Below are positions 10,301 through 19,569 of a stretch of DNA of 64,000 nt, piece after piece. A program made the translations under genes and the position numbers. The notes beneath the pieces are model-generated. The model searched no databases and was not told the origin of the DNA. It was given only the letters and a program-made list of their open reading frames with translations. This DNA is from a bacterium (lineage in GTDB: Bacteria; UBP14; UBA6098; 4484-93): assembly GCA_021158465.1 (NCBI GenBank), contig JAGGUN010000035.1:5669-69668 (forward strand). The letters are read 5' to 3'. Positions within the stretch are counted from its first letter, which is position 1; each line of letters starts with the position of its first letter.

Positions 10301-13300
10301 ATATAGAATGTCCAGCAGCTATCGAGTAAGTTCGGTCCGCAGTAGTCAGGGGTATCATAGGCAGAAAGACATACATCGACTGTGTCTCCTCCTGTGAATA
10401 GAACACCTGCTGTCGTGGGGTCCCACACAAGAGCTGAATCTGTTAATGTGAGTGATGGGTCGGATAGTGTGTAGTCAGTTCCGTTAATTGTCAATATAAT
10501 TCCTGTTATATCCAGTCCGGAGAGGTCATCCCATAGGTTCATCGAGATGGTTGGCGTTCTTGTGGCGACAACATCGCCGGGAGGTGGTGTAATATTCCAT
10601 ACTCGAGGCGGTGTCGTGTCCATCACAAAGCTCCAGCAGACAGGAGACGGGTCAAGCGGATTACCGATAATGTCCTCAGCATCCGTCAGGCAGACATAGA
10701 TAGTCTCCGCATTGACGAAAGGCTCTGTCGGATAGTAGATCAGGTTCTCTCCATCGAATGAGAAGCCGGAGGTTGTATAGTCGATAAATGTGGTATCGGT
10801 CATATCGGTCGAACGCAACACCCACATCCGGATGGATGATGTCACGACGCCGTCCTCGTCGGATACTATCATCTCGATGTGCTCCGTGTCAATGCAGGCG
10901 GAGTATGCTCCATCGAACGGACGAACGATGGTAGCAACGGGACCACCCGGCTCGATATGGAATGTCCAGCAGCTGTCGAGATGGTTTGCAGGAAGGCAAA
11001 TATCTGGTGAATCATCCGCTCGAATGCAGATTCTCACGCTGTCTCCGCCTGGGACATAAAGCCCGATAGAGTCTGCCCAGATGCAGAAGTGCGGAAAAGT
11101 TCCTGACAATCCTGGGGAGCCGGGGTAAAGAACAATTGTGTCATTCAGAACAACCTCTATTGTTGTTTCGTCAACGCCAGATAGATTGTCTGTCAAGTTG
11201 AAGCAGAGAACGGGTGTTGGCGTTGAGACGGTGTCGCCAGGACCGATTGTTGCATCAGAGACGACAGGCGGCGATAGGTCGACCCAGAAATCCCATGCAA
11301 GTGGTGTCTGAAGTGGGTTGCCGAGATTGTCGTCCGCTCGAACGAGCTCTACCTCGACCAGCTGGGAATCTAGCCATGCCCAGCCAGCCTCGTATGGATA
11401 GAAATAAAGTGTATCGCCGGAGAATCTGATTCCTAAATCATCCAGATGGAATGTCGAGCCGTTGATGATAACCTCGAGCGTCGTCGAGTCGACCCCGACA
11501 TCGTCATCGGAAAGGGCGATAATTATTGCCTGGCTGTCACAGGCAGCAATCTGACCAGGTAGAGGGGTAACTATCTCAGCAACCGGTCCCCTCAGATGCA
11601 CAAAGAAACGCCAGCAACTATCGAGTGTGTTCGGCCCGCAGTAGTCGGGGGAATCATCTGCCGTTACGCATACATCCACCGTATCCCAGTCGTTCCAGTA
11701 GATACCGAGAAGCTCTGGGTCGAATGTTATGCTGTCACCCCAGACTACTCCAGGACTTCCCGGCGTGAGAACAATTGTATCGTCGATTGTGATTGTAACC
11801 GACAAGGAATCCAATCCGGATATGGAATCTGCGATATGGAACGAGATGATGGCAAGAGAATCGTTTATGAGTGTGTCAGGGGATGGGAGTTCGTTCCAGA
11901 TAACGGGTGGTGTCAGGTCGATGAGGAACCGCCAGCACAAGGGAGAACCCATCGGGTTGCCGAGGCTGTCTCGAGCATCCACAAGACAGACATAAACCGT
12001 CTCGCCATCTGTCCAATACTCACTCGGAATGAAGATGAGGGTGTCGTTGACAAAATCGAGCTCCCACGATGCAACTGTGAATGTGTCGTCCCCGACGGTG
12101 AAGATTATACTTGCCGGGTCGACCCCATCCGGGTCGATGATCGTCATAAAAAGGACCTGCTCCGTATCGACACAGGCAACGAAGCTCTCCGGCATATACT
12201 GGATAATGGTCGGGCGAGGCCCAGAAAGCGATACAACAAAGCTGAAGCAGAATTCCTCTGCTACATTCGGCTCGCAATATCCGGGTGTCGGAGAGTCCTG
12301 CGCATTGTGCACACAGACTACCACCGTGTCGCTATCTGCGAATACAAAACCAGCCTCTTCTGGATGCACAACGAGGTTCTCTCCGTCCCAGTCGACCCCC
12401 ACATCCCCTATGTGGAATATGAGCGTGTCGTTTATCGTTATGTAGACCGAATCAGTGGAAAGCCCTGAGACAGAGTCTACAATACTTACTCCTATATCCG
12501 GCGTTGCATCCGGGACGATAGCACCGTCCGGTGGGAAGTTGCCATATATAGCGGGTGGGTGTGTGTCCACGAGGAAGCTCCAGGAAAGCGGGGTATCGGG
12601 CGAGATATTCCCCCAGACATCGGCGAGTGAATCGAGCGAAACAAGCACTACTTCGCTGTCCGAGAAGAAGCCGGCTGGCGGTTGGAATATAATGAGTGTA
12701 TCCCCATCGAGTGTGAGATAGGGGCTGCTGATGGTGTATATAGTTCCGTTCACATTCAGTACGATTGATGATGAGTCTATCCCGGAAGCGTCGTAGACAC
12801 GGATGATAATCTCCTGGTCATCGCAGGCGGATATAATGTCTGGCTCCGGTCGGACAATCTCGGCTGTCGGACCGATGAAGTTCACTGTGAAGCTCCAGCA
12901 GTATGGTTCGATCCTGTTGGAATCGCAGTAGTCGGGGGTATCCCATGCCTGCTGCACACAGACGGTCACTGTCTCACCGTCGGCGAAGGTTATGCCGTTG
13001 CGGACTGTCTCACAGATGTATTCCCCTGTTGTCGGGTCAAGCACAAATACGCTGTCCGAGAGCGTGAATGAGAGTGTGTCGTTTATCGTGAAGACAACGG
13101 ATGGCTCGTAAAGCCCGGATATAGAATCGAAGATGCTGATATGTATAACAGGGTTTGGTGTGGTGACATTCGTATCTGCTGGGAACTCGCCCCAGATATC
13201 GGGTGGGTTAAGGTCAACGAGGAAGCACCAGGTCAGCGGGCAGTCGTCGGATGGGGTGTGATAGATGTCCTCTACATTGTTCACCGTTACGCAGACAGTA

Positions 13301-15528
13301 TCCCCATTGTGCCAGGTGCCGGTGGGCGGCGTTATCGTTAGGATCGAATCATCATGGAAGGATACCCACCTCGGGTCGACCGTAAACGGCTCACCGTTCA
13401 CCGTTATGGAGAAATCGATGCTGGATTCATCTATCGGCGCGGCGACCGGATGGATGAACAGTTCGATATACTGGTCATCGCATGCTGTTATGGAGTCGGG
13501 TTGCGGGATAACTATCTCGAGGGCAGGACCTGCAAGTGCAACATAGAATGTCCAGCAGAAGCTCGTGTCGTTCGGAGCGCAATAGTCATAGGTAGGCGAG
13601 TCCCAGGCATGAAGAATGCATACCTCCACTGTATCGCCATTGGAAAAGCTTACACCTGTTATCTCGATATGCATCCCATCGAATGTGAAGGAGTATCCGC
13701 TTATAACTGTTCCGTTCACCGACACCTGGATGTTGGAATCGACGATCGAGGATGGGTCGAGCCCGGAGATCGCATCGAATATATCAACGCCGATGACCGG
13801 TGTCGGTGTATGAACGACGGTATCCATAGGTGGGTAAGCGTTGTCGAATATAGGTGGTTCAATGTCTACCTGGAAGTTGCAGGTAACGATGTTTGCTACG
13901 CAGCCTGAGTCATCCTCTGCACTGATGAGAGAGAATGTGACCCAGGAGCCGTTTGTCCAAGGGGTGGAGGGGATAAAATGTAGTTCGGGTGGGCTCCAGG
14001 TGAGCTGTGGGTCGGATGTTGTGTAGTTTATCCCGTTCACCTGAAGGATTATGCTCGACTCGATAATAGGAGCCATTCCCGGGCTGATGTTTATTATTAT
14101 GTCCTGGTATTCGCAGGAGGTTATTCCGCCGCAGGGGTCGGGACGAACCACCTCCGCCACAGGTGGAGACCCTTCGCAGTAAGGGATGTCGAAGCAGTAG
14201 TCTATCGAGTTGCCGTCGATATCAGGCGATGTTGTCGTCACATCGATGTGAATGCAGGTGTTTGTTCCCATACAGTCGCGGTTCAGCTCAAAACGCCAGG
14301 AAGCGCTCCCGACAGATGGGTCCAGGCAGAATGGGTCCTCCGAGGAACACAGGTCTCTTGGATCTGTATACTGCGGATTAGCTCCAGAGACGAGCGTCAG
14401 GCAGCTCGCATCATAGGTTATTGTCGCCTGGACATTGTAAGCCGTCTCATCATCGAACGGCCAGAGGGTGTAATATGTATTGCGGACGAGGAGCGTAACA
14501 TCGATGGGATTTGGAGACAGCTCCCCGCAGCGAGCGCAGCTTATCATTATCGGGTTGAGGTTCAGCTCGAGTTCACCCTCGCTCGTTATCTCCGCACCGA
14601 GACCATAGTATGTCGCCTGTCGGAGAGTTCCACCTGGGGGAATGGAAACAGGATACCACCACAGGAGGACTGCGGAATCACCGTATGTTCCGAAGGTCGG
14701 TGTATAGTCCCAGACAACATTATAATAGGTGGGCCAGGAACCGAGGCAGATCCTGTCTGGTATCGTTGATTCAGGACCCAATATGTCACCCTGTGCTACC
14801 ATACCTGAGAGGTCATCATTCTCCCATGCTCGCCAGTAGGAGGGTATGTCTGGAGCGAGGAACTCCTGCTCGTGGTCCTCGAAGCCATAGTATGTTGAAA
14901 TCCTTGTCGCATCGTTCCCGTTTATCATCGTATCGAACTCTATCAGGAGCCCTACATTGTGCGATACTGTTCCGGTGTTCTCCATAAAATATTCGTAGAG
15001 GATAGTTGCTGAGCCAGGACCGGATATCTGGCGGGGGGAGAGTTTCTGTGTTATCCGTATGTCCCCTGCCTGCCAGACCGTCCAGATGGTGTCTCCAACA
15101 GAATAGGGAGGAGTTGTGAGTGTAGGGACGAATGTCCCTGTAAGCCCTCGGATGTTGTAGATCACCCCATCGATATTGAAGGCGACCCAGGAGCTCCATG
15201 GGCGCGGTGCCCCAGGGTCGACACCACCAACATCGTGACGGAAATCGTACAGGAGATCCCTGCCGGTTAGGTCTCCTTCAACGAAGTCGCCTATCCAGGT
15301 AGAGCCGCCGCCGGTGCCATCTGCATCGTCAGCTGTTGCCACACATACCCTCACATTCTGGGTAGGGTCACCACCGTTATAGTTGCTCTGGATACACACG
15401 CAAGGGGTCATAATATCCTTCGAAGAGGAAGGATGTCTTGCCGTTTTCCACGAACCACCCTCCTGTGCGAACAGGGACCAAGAGATCATTAACCCCAGAA
15501 ACGCCAAAGCCAGCCACGATCTTTTCAT
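7396..15528 (-). CDS. giant secreted repeat protein (2710 aa): signal peptide, unique N-terminal region of about 450 aa, about 10-11 tandem two-domain repeats, and a T9SS type B C-terminal sorting domain
   Basis: N-terminal signal peptide MKRSWLALAFLGLMISWSLFAQ. Recurring motif ...DTVxVCxxAxDxPDYCxPNxLDSCWTFYIxPGGPxAxIVRPxDGAxSAC.D..I... at a period of about 210 aa. C-terminus NPFSPNGDGYNEF...WNGRD...GLYIYAIEV, matching the gliding-motility / TIGR04131-type CTD. Confidence 0.85.
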   Translation of the reverse strand: MKRSWLALAFLGLMISWSLFAQEGGSWKTARHPSSSKDIMTPCVCIQSNYNGGDPTQNVRVCVATADDADGTGGGSTWIGDFVEGDLTGRDLLYDFRHDVGGVDPGAPRPWSSWVAFNIDGVIYNIRGLTGTFVPTLTTPPYSVGDTIWTVWQAGDIRITQKLSPRQISGPGSATILYEYFMENTGTVSHNVGLLIEFDTMINGNDATRISTYYGFEDHEQEFLAPDIPSYWRAWENDDLSGMVAQGDILGPESTIPDRICLGSWPTYYNVVWDYTPTFGTYGDSAVLLWWYPVSIPPGGTLRQATYYGLGAEITSEGELELNLNPIMISCARCGELSPNPIDVTLLVRNTYYTLWPFDDETAYNVQATITYDASCLTLVSGANPQYTDPRDLCSSEDPFCLDPSVGSASWRFELNRDCMGTNTCIHIDVTTTSPDIDGNSIDYCFDIPYCEGSPPVAEVVRPDPCGGITSCEYQDIIINISPGMAPIIESSIILQVNGINYTTSDPQLTWSPPELHFIPSTPWTNGSWVTFSLISAEDDSGCVANIVTCNFQVDIEPPIFDNAYPPMDTVVHTPTPVIGVDIFDAISGLDPSSIVDSNIQVSVNGTVISGYSFTFDGMHIEITGVSFSNGDTVEVCILHAWDSPTYDYCAPNDTSFCWTFYVALAGPALEIVIPQPDSITACDDQYIELFIHPVAAPIDESSIDFSITVNGEPFTVDPRWVSFHDDSILTITPPTGTWHNGDTVCVTVNNVEDIYHTPSDDCPLTWCFLVDLNPPDIWGEFPADTNVTTPNPVIHISIFDSISGLYEPSVVFTINDTLSFTLSDSVFVLDPTTGEYICETVRNGITFADGETVTVCVQQAWDTPDYCDSNRIEPYCWSFTVNFIGPTAEIVRPEPDIISACDDQEIIIRVYDASGIDSSSIVLNVNGTIYTISSPYLTLDGDTLIIFQPPAGFFSDSEVVLVSLDSLADVWGNISPDTPLSWSFLVDTHPPAIYGNFPPDGAIVPDATPDIGVSIVDSVSGLSTDSVYITINDTLIFHIGDVGVDWDGENLVVHPEEAGFVFADSDTVVVCVHNAQDSPTPGYCEPNVAEEFCFSFVVSLSGPRPTIIQYMPESFVACVDTEQVLFMTIIDPDGVDPASIIFTVGDDTFTVASWELDFVNDTLIFIPSEYWTDGETVYVCLVDARDSLGNPMGSPLCWRFLIDLTPPVIWNELPSPDTLINDSLAIISFHIADSISGLDSLSVTITIDDTIVLTPGSPGVVWGDSITFDPELLGIYWNDWDTVDVCVTADDSPDYCGPNTLDSCWRFFVHLRGPVAEIVTPLPGQIAACDSQAIIIALSDDDVGVDSTTLEVIINGSTFHLDDLGIRFSGDTLYFYPYEAGWAWLDSQLVEVELVRADDNLGNPLQTPLAWDFWVDLSPPVVSDATIGPGDTVSTPTPVLCFNLTDNLSGVDETTIEVVLNDTIVLYPGSPGLSGTFPHFCIWADSIGLYVPGGDSVRICIRADDSPDICLPANHLDSCWTFHIEPGGPVATIVRPFDGAYSACIDTEHIEMIVSDEDGVVTSSIRMWVLRSTDMTDTTFIDYTTSGFSFDGENLIYYPTEPFVNAETIYVCLTDAEDIIGNPLDPSPVCWSFVMDTTPPRVWNITPPPGDVVATRTPTISMNLWDDLSGLDITGIILTINGTDYTLSDPSLTLTDSALVWDPTTAGVLFTGGDTVDVCLSAYDTPDYCGPNLLDSCWTFYIEPGGPVATIVRPFDGAHSACEDEHIVIYLTDPTGVNDSTIVLVVNDDTIGILDPRLTYEDSVLIFIPDPYFGDAETVTVELVSADDILGNPLETPLSWTFVMDRIPPEITDLSPAPEDVVVSTRPIISVILHETISWLNLDSLFFLINGDTFALDSPGVSLIEDTLFSVDCGIAGIVFGGGDTVDVCVVAYDSVDYCDPNSSDSCWTFYISPGGPIGTIIRPFDGAYSACEDTEHIEMTIEDEDSVIDETIRLMVARNGCRDTAYYEVTDPELDFTYPDLRFEPNPPFVDAETVCVALIAADDSLGNHLTSVVSWSFVMDLTPPVILIQSPLPGSYIDEREPIICVQITDSLSGINEAGITLTVAGHPYHIGDAGISWDGETICFDPAVVGTSFVGGDTIPVCIYSEDTPDYCDPNVLDSCWAFYISPGGPIPTILRPFDGAISSCPDESVAVSIVDPNGVDESTIILQVRGTDLTISDDELDFIDDSILVFHPEPPFGEAETVDVCLIEAEDNLGNPLTGAPLCWSFVVDIEPPYITDASPAPAETVSTTQPVIRFVLSDSVSGVDTSAVTLTIGGITYHLYDPGVSISGDTITFDPATAGVEWFGGTEVVVQVQAEDSPDTIYINPHTLDTTYYCSPNILDSIYSFIISPGGPVATVIRPLNETFTACIDESIAVVLRDPDGVNPETVVLTVNGATFRVGDAQITFIGDTLLIYHPDGGFADNETISVCLTHADDNLGNPLTGAPVCWQFYTDFTPPYAEMRIPTPEMMVRSDQQRIEIYVYDLMSGADVGEFVLHVAGREYHYPDFDFQPTSDSLGGLLIFNPPAVGVSFGSGDTVEVQLSVYDTPDYCDPNNDEYFWFFTIEPRVSCLVHPNPFSPNGDGYNEFVVFSYPFMFSKEGRIRVYNLRNMLIWECTVPPQTGFSNFLDRCWNGRDKHNKPVPEGLYIYAIEVEGEIVCNGTITLIR
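8000..13600 (-). repeat. intragenic tandem DNA repeats (unit about 0.63-0.65 kb) encoding the two-domain repeat of the giant protein
   Basis: Near-identical stretches such as GGACCGCCCGGCTCGATATAGAATGTCCAGCAGCTATCG at about 9660-9695 and 10290-10325, with a variant at about 10940-10980. Coordinates of the repeat block are approximate. Confidence 0.7.
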
Positions 15529-15529
15529 C

Positions 15530-17245
15530 TTATTTTATCCCTCCCGAAACTCCTTTTATTGGTAAAAAGACCACAAATTCGCTTCCTGAGCCTGCCTTGC
15601 TGTGAACCTCTATAAGCCCCTTATGCTGGGTTGCTATCCTCTGTGCAATTGAAAGCCCAAGTCCTGTCCCCTTTGGTTTTGTCGAGAAGAACGGCTGGAA
15701 TATCTTCAGCAGGTTCTTCTCGCTTATACCCACACCGTTATCCTTTATGGATATCCCGACAAGCGTTATGTTCCTGTCGAGGAGCCCTTCTCGCTGTCCA
15801 TCAAGCGATATCCGTATCTCTGGTTTCTTTTCGTTCTTTACAGCCTCGACTGCATTTATCAGGAGGTTCAGAAACAGTTGCTTGAGGTGGTCCTCGCGCC
15901 CATATACGCTGAACTCCTTGCCCTCGAACTCATTTATCACTGTTATTCTGTCGTCCCAGCAGGAGTTTCTTTTCAATAGCTCTAATGTTTCTCTAAAAAG
16001 CTTGGAGATGTCTGTTTTCACGAACGGTAGCTGAGAGAGAGAGACATCCTCGATTCGAGCAAAGTTCAAGAACTCATCGAGTATCCCCTTCAGGCGATCG
16101 GTTTCCTTAACTATTAGGTCGAACAGTTCTCGTTTTTCGCTCTCTGTGGGGAAGAGTTCCTTGTTTAGAAGCTCGACCGAGCCACGGATCGAAGCTAACG
16201 GGTTTCTTATCTCGTGTGCTAGACCGGCAGACATCTCCCCGATAAGTGCCATCTTGTCCACATTCTTGAGATACTCGTCTACAAGCTTCTCCTGTGTTAT
16301 GTCCTCGAAGACCGTTATCACCCCACGAACTATGCCGGCTACCTTAAGGGTGCTTGTCACAAGGAGGAGCGGGATCTCCTTCCCCTCATCCGATGTTATA
16401 ATTATCTCACCACGAGAGTTCTCGTTTGTAGAACCGGAGAGTGCTCGCTCCAGCGTTTCTCGGAATGTGCGAAGCCGCTCTGGAAACACCTCTCGGAAAT
16501 CTTTATCCCTTACTTCCGACTTGTTGAGCCCGAGTATCTTGCCTGCTGCCTCGTTGAAGTACTGTATCCTCCCAGTTGTATCCACCGTCACAAGCCCGTT
16601 GCGCATATACTCCAGTATCTCATCCGTGTCCATACGCGTCTGCATCAGCTGATAATAGAGGAGTTCGATCTCGTCGATGCGGGCTCGAAGCCTGTTGGAG
16701 ATATACCCAGCAAGGAGCGCAACTATGTAGAAGAAGCAGACATAGATATAGGTTAGATAAAAAAGGTACTCTGATTGGGAGTAATACGATGCGTGGAAGA
16801 AGCCTGGTCTAAAGGGGAGGATATTTTTTGCCTCTAAGAAGACAAGAACGACGAGTGATGCCGAGGCAAATGTAGTTATCAGCAGGGTTCCGCCCATCTC
16901 GAGGAAGAACGAGGTGCTTATTATGGTGAAGAACAGGAGTATTACAAAGGGGGAGTTTATCCCACCGGAGTAGTGAATGATAGCCAATTCGGTCAGGATT
17001 TCCACTACGGAGTGGATAGTGCAGAGGAATTTCAGGCTTACCTTCTTATGGGTGAACCGCCAGAGGGAGAGGGCAAGAAAGAAGCCGAGGGTTGTTATAC
17101 CGTACAGCAGCAGAAATTCGTATAGAAACTTCTCCGATGCGCCGAGGATAAAGGGAGCGGAGATGAAGATAAAAACGAATATAAACAACCTAAGGATTAA
17201 GAGCCAGTTGAGTCTCTTTTTTAGCTCTTCCTGCCTGGATTCCAT
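15530..17245 (-). CDS. PilS-like sensor histidine kinase (6 TM, PAS, HisKA, HATPase)
   Basis: 571 aa. Six hydrophobic helices at the N-terminus, a PAS-like region, H-box HEIRNPLASIRG and G-boxes NGVGI / GTGLGLSIA. No response regulator in the window. Confidence 0.85.
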   Translation of the reverse strand: MESRQEELKKRLNWLLILRLFIFVFIFISAPFILGASEKFLYEFLLLYGITTLGFFLALSLWRFTHKKVSLKFLCTIHSVVEILTELAIIHYSGGINSPFVILLFFTIISTSFFLEMGGTLLITTFASASLVVLVFLEAKNILPFRPGFFHASYYSQSEYLFYLTYIYVCFFYIVALLAGYISNRLRARIDEIELLYYQLMQTRMDTDEILEYMRNGLVTVDTTGRIQYFNEAAGKILGLNKSEVRDKDFREVFPERLRTFRETLERALSGSTNENSRGEIIITSDEGKEIPLLLVTSTLKVAGIVRGVITVFEDITQEKLVDEYLKNVDKMALIGEMSAGLAHEIRNPLASIRGSVELLNKELFPTESEKRELFDLIVKETDRLKGILDEFLNFARIEDVSLSQLPFVKTDISKLFRETLELLKRNSCWDDRITVINEFEGKEFSVYGREDHLKQLFLNLLINAVEAVKNEKKPEIRISLDGQREGLLDRNITLVGISIKDNGVGISEKNLLKIFQPFFSTKPKGTGLGLSIAQRIATQHKGLIEVHSKAGSGSEFVVFLPIKGVSGGIK

Positions 17246-17253
17246 AACTTGAT

Positions 17254-18456
17254 TTAAGCCTTTATTTGACCTATGATATCAAACATAGGTAGATACATTG
17301 CTATCAAGAGCGCGCCAACTATCCCACCCAGAACTACAATTGTGATAGGCTCAATGAGGGACATAAGTGTGGTGACAGCTGCATCCACCTCCTCGTCGTA
17401 GAAGTCGGCGATTCGTGTCAGCATATCGTCTAAGTTACCTGTCTGTTCGCCGACAGCTATCATCTGCACGACCATTGGTGGAAACACCTTACTTTCCCTG
17501 AGAGGCGCAGTGATGGTTTCTCCCTCGGAGATACTCACCATAGAGCCGTGTATAGCCTTTTGGAGGACCACATTTCCGGCTGTTTTGGATGTGATGTTCA
17601 GCGCGTCGATGAGGTTGACACCGCTCGAGAGCAGGGTAGCTAAGGTTCTTGTAAAGCGGGCTATGGCGGTCTTACGGATGAGTGGACCGAATACTGGGAG
17701 CTTGAGTTTAGCAGAATCTATCCACCAGCGTCCTTGGCGTGTTCTCTGGAGTCCTGAGAAACCTAATATAATGCCGACAACAAAGAGGACGATCAGAATA
17801 GCATTATGTCTGAAGAAGCTGGAGATGCCGAGCACAATCAGGGTTGGTTTGGGGAGTTCAGCACCCAGCCCCTCGAACATGCCCGCAAAGACTGGGATAA
17901 TAAAGGTCAACATTGCCCAGGTTATAAGGATAGTAAATGCGAAGATTGCAGTCGGGTAGGCCATAGCTCCTTTAATCTTGCGCCTTATCGAATCCATCTT
18001 TTCCCTGAACTCGGCGAGTCGTTTCAGGATGACCTCGAGGGCACCACCTGCCTCACCTGCTTCTACCATATTCACATACAGGTCGTCGAACACCTTCTTG
18101 TGTTTTGCGAGGGCGCTGGATAGGGTTGAGCCGCCGGAGACATCCGCTTTGACCTGTGATATAACATTGGCGAGATACTTGTTCTCTGTCTGTTCTGCAA
18201 GGATTGTCAGGCATTGAACGATGGGAAGTCCTGCCTCTACCATTGTGGCGAATTGGCGAGTGAACCTCGATATGTCAACGCTGGAGATCCCTGTTCCGAA
18301 GCGGATATTTATCTCCTTCTGTTTCTTCTTTACAGAGGAGATGATGATCCGCTGCTTCCGCAGGAAGAGTTTAAGTTCCTCGGCGTTTTTGGCTTCCAGC
18401 TCCCCCGATATAGGAGCGCCAGTCAATGTCCTTCCCTGATATTCAAATACAGGCAT
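17254..18456 (-). CDS. pilC: type IV pilus assembly platform protein PilC (GspF family)
   Basis: 400 aa. Duplicated GspF domains, three TM segments and a typical PilC N-terminus. Confidence 0.9.
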   Translation of the reverse strand: MPVFEYQGRTLTGAPISGELEAKNAEELKLFLRKQRIIISSVKKKQKEINIRFGTGISSVDISRFTRQFATMVEAGLPIVQCLTILAEQTENKYLANVISQVKADVSGGSTLSSALAKHKKVFDDLYVNMVEAGEAGGALEVILKRLAEFREKMDSIRRKIKGAMAYPTAIFAFTILITWAMLTFIIPVFAGMFEGLGAELPKPTLIVLGISSFFRHNAILIVLFVVGIILGFSGLQRTRQGRWWIDSAKLKLPVFGPLIRKTAIARFTRTLATLLSSGVNLIDALNITSKTAGNVVLQKAIHGSMVSISEGETITAPLRESKVFPPMVVQMIAVGEQTGNLDDMLTRIADFYDEEVDAAVTTLMSLIEPITIVVLGGIVGALLIAMYLPMFDIIGQIKA

Positions 18457-18470
18457 AATCTTTCCTCCTA

Positions 18471-19553
18471 TTATGCTCCCCTACCAACTCTCTCCTTCCT
18501 CCGCATAATGAGGTCGTTGAGCTCTGCAGGGTCGGAAGAATGAGCATATGCCTCTTCCAGTGAGATTAGACCACGAAGGTAAAGGTCTGCTATGGACATA
18601 TTCATTGTCTGCATACCGTATTTTTGTCCAGCTTGCATAGTTGAGTATACCTGATGAATTTTATCCTCCCTTATCTGGGCTCTGATTGCTGGCGTAACAA
18701 TGAGTATCTCTGTCGCAACGATCCTTCCGCCGCCTATCATCGGGATAAGTTGCTGGGTGACGATTGCGCGGAGGACGAAGGAGAGCTGTACCCTTACCTG
18801 GGTCTGCTGGGCGGGTGGAAAGATATCTATAATTCGGTTTATTGTTTCTGCACAGGAATTGGTGTGGAGGGTTCCGAATGTTAAATGTCCTGTTTCGGCG
18901 ATAGTGAGGGCTGCCCTAATTGTTTCGAGGTCTCGCATCTCACCTATCATAACAACATCCGGGTCCTCACGCATTGCGTATTTGAGAGCTGAGTCGAATG
19001 ATTTGGTATCCGAATACACCTCGCGCTGGTTTACTATGGAGTTTTTGTGTTTGTGGACAAATTCTATCGGGTCCTCGACGGTGAGTATATGGACGTGTTT
19101 CTCCGTATTTATCTTATCGACGAGTGCTGCCAAGGTTGTGCTTTTACCTGTGCCGGTTGGACCGGTGATAAGGACGAGTCCTTTTGGGTAGTCAGTGAAG
19201 GAATTGATTATCTTGGGTAACCTCAGCTCTTCGATCCCCTTTATCACTGTTGGGACCCTGCGGAGAGCCATTGCAACGACTCCCTGCTGTAGGAATATGT
19301 TTGTCCGGAAGCGGCAGAGTCCTTCGATTCCGAATGAGAGGTCAATCTCCCAGTTCTCCTCGAACTTCTGTTTCTGTTTCTCGGTCATAATGCTGTAGGC
19401 AAGGCGCTTTGCTGTTTCTGGTGTTACAACCTCATATCTGCTTCTGACGAGCTTTCCATCTATTCTAAACATCGGGGGTGCGCCCGGGGTTATGTGTAGG
19501 TCACTTGCCTCTCTTTTCACAACCTCTGTAAGGAGTTCACGCATCGAAATCAT
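18471..19553 (-). CDS. pilT: twitching-motility retraction ATPase PilT
   Basis: 360 aa. LVLITGPTGTGKST Walker A and PilT-size secretion ATPase; N-terminus MISMRELL...SDLHIT. Confidence 0.9.
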   Translation of the reverse strand: MISMRELLTEVVKREASDLHITPGAPPMFRIDGKLVRSRYEVVTPETAKRLAYSIMTEKQKQKFEENWEIDLSFGIEGLCRFRTNIFLQQGVVAMALRRVPTVIKGIEELRLPKIINSFTDYPKGLVLITGPTGTGKSTTLAALVDKINTEKHVHILTVEDPIEFVHKHKNSIVNQREVYSDTKSFDSALKYAMREDPDVVMIGEMRDLETIRAALTIAETGHLTFGTLHTNSCAETINRIIDIFPPAQQTQVRVQLSFVLRAIVTQQLIPMIGGGRIVATEILIVTPAIRAQIREDKIHQVYSTMQAGQKYGMQTMNMSIADLYLRGLISLEEAYAHSSDPAELNDLIMRRKERVGRGA

Positions 19554-19569
19554 AGAACTGCCTCCTCAT

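Noticed and set aside
11596-12468. 290-aa ORF (+) and many 60-190-aa ORFs (+) across 7400-15500
   Set aside because: All lie antisense or out of frame within the 8.1-kb giant CDS. Repeat-driven open frames are expected in a repetitive, GC-balanced gene.
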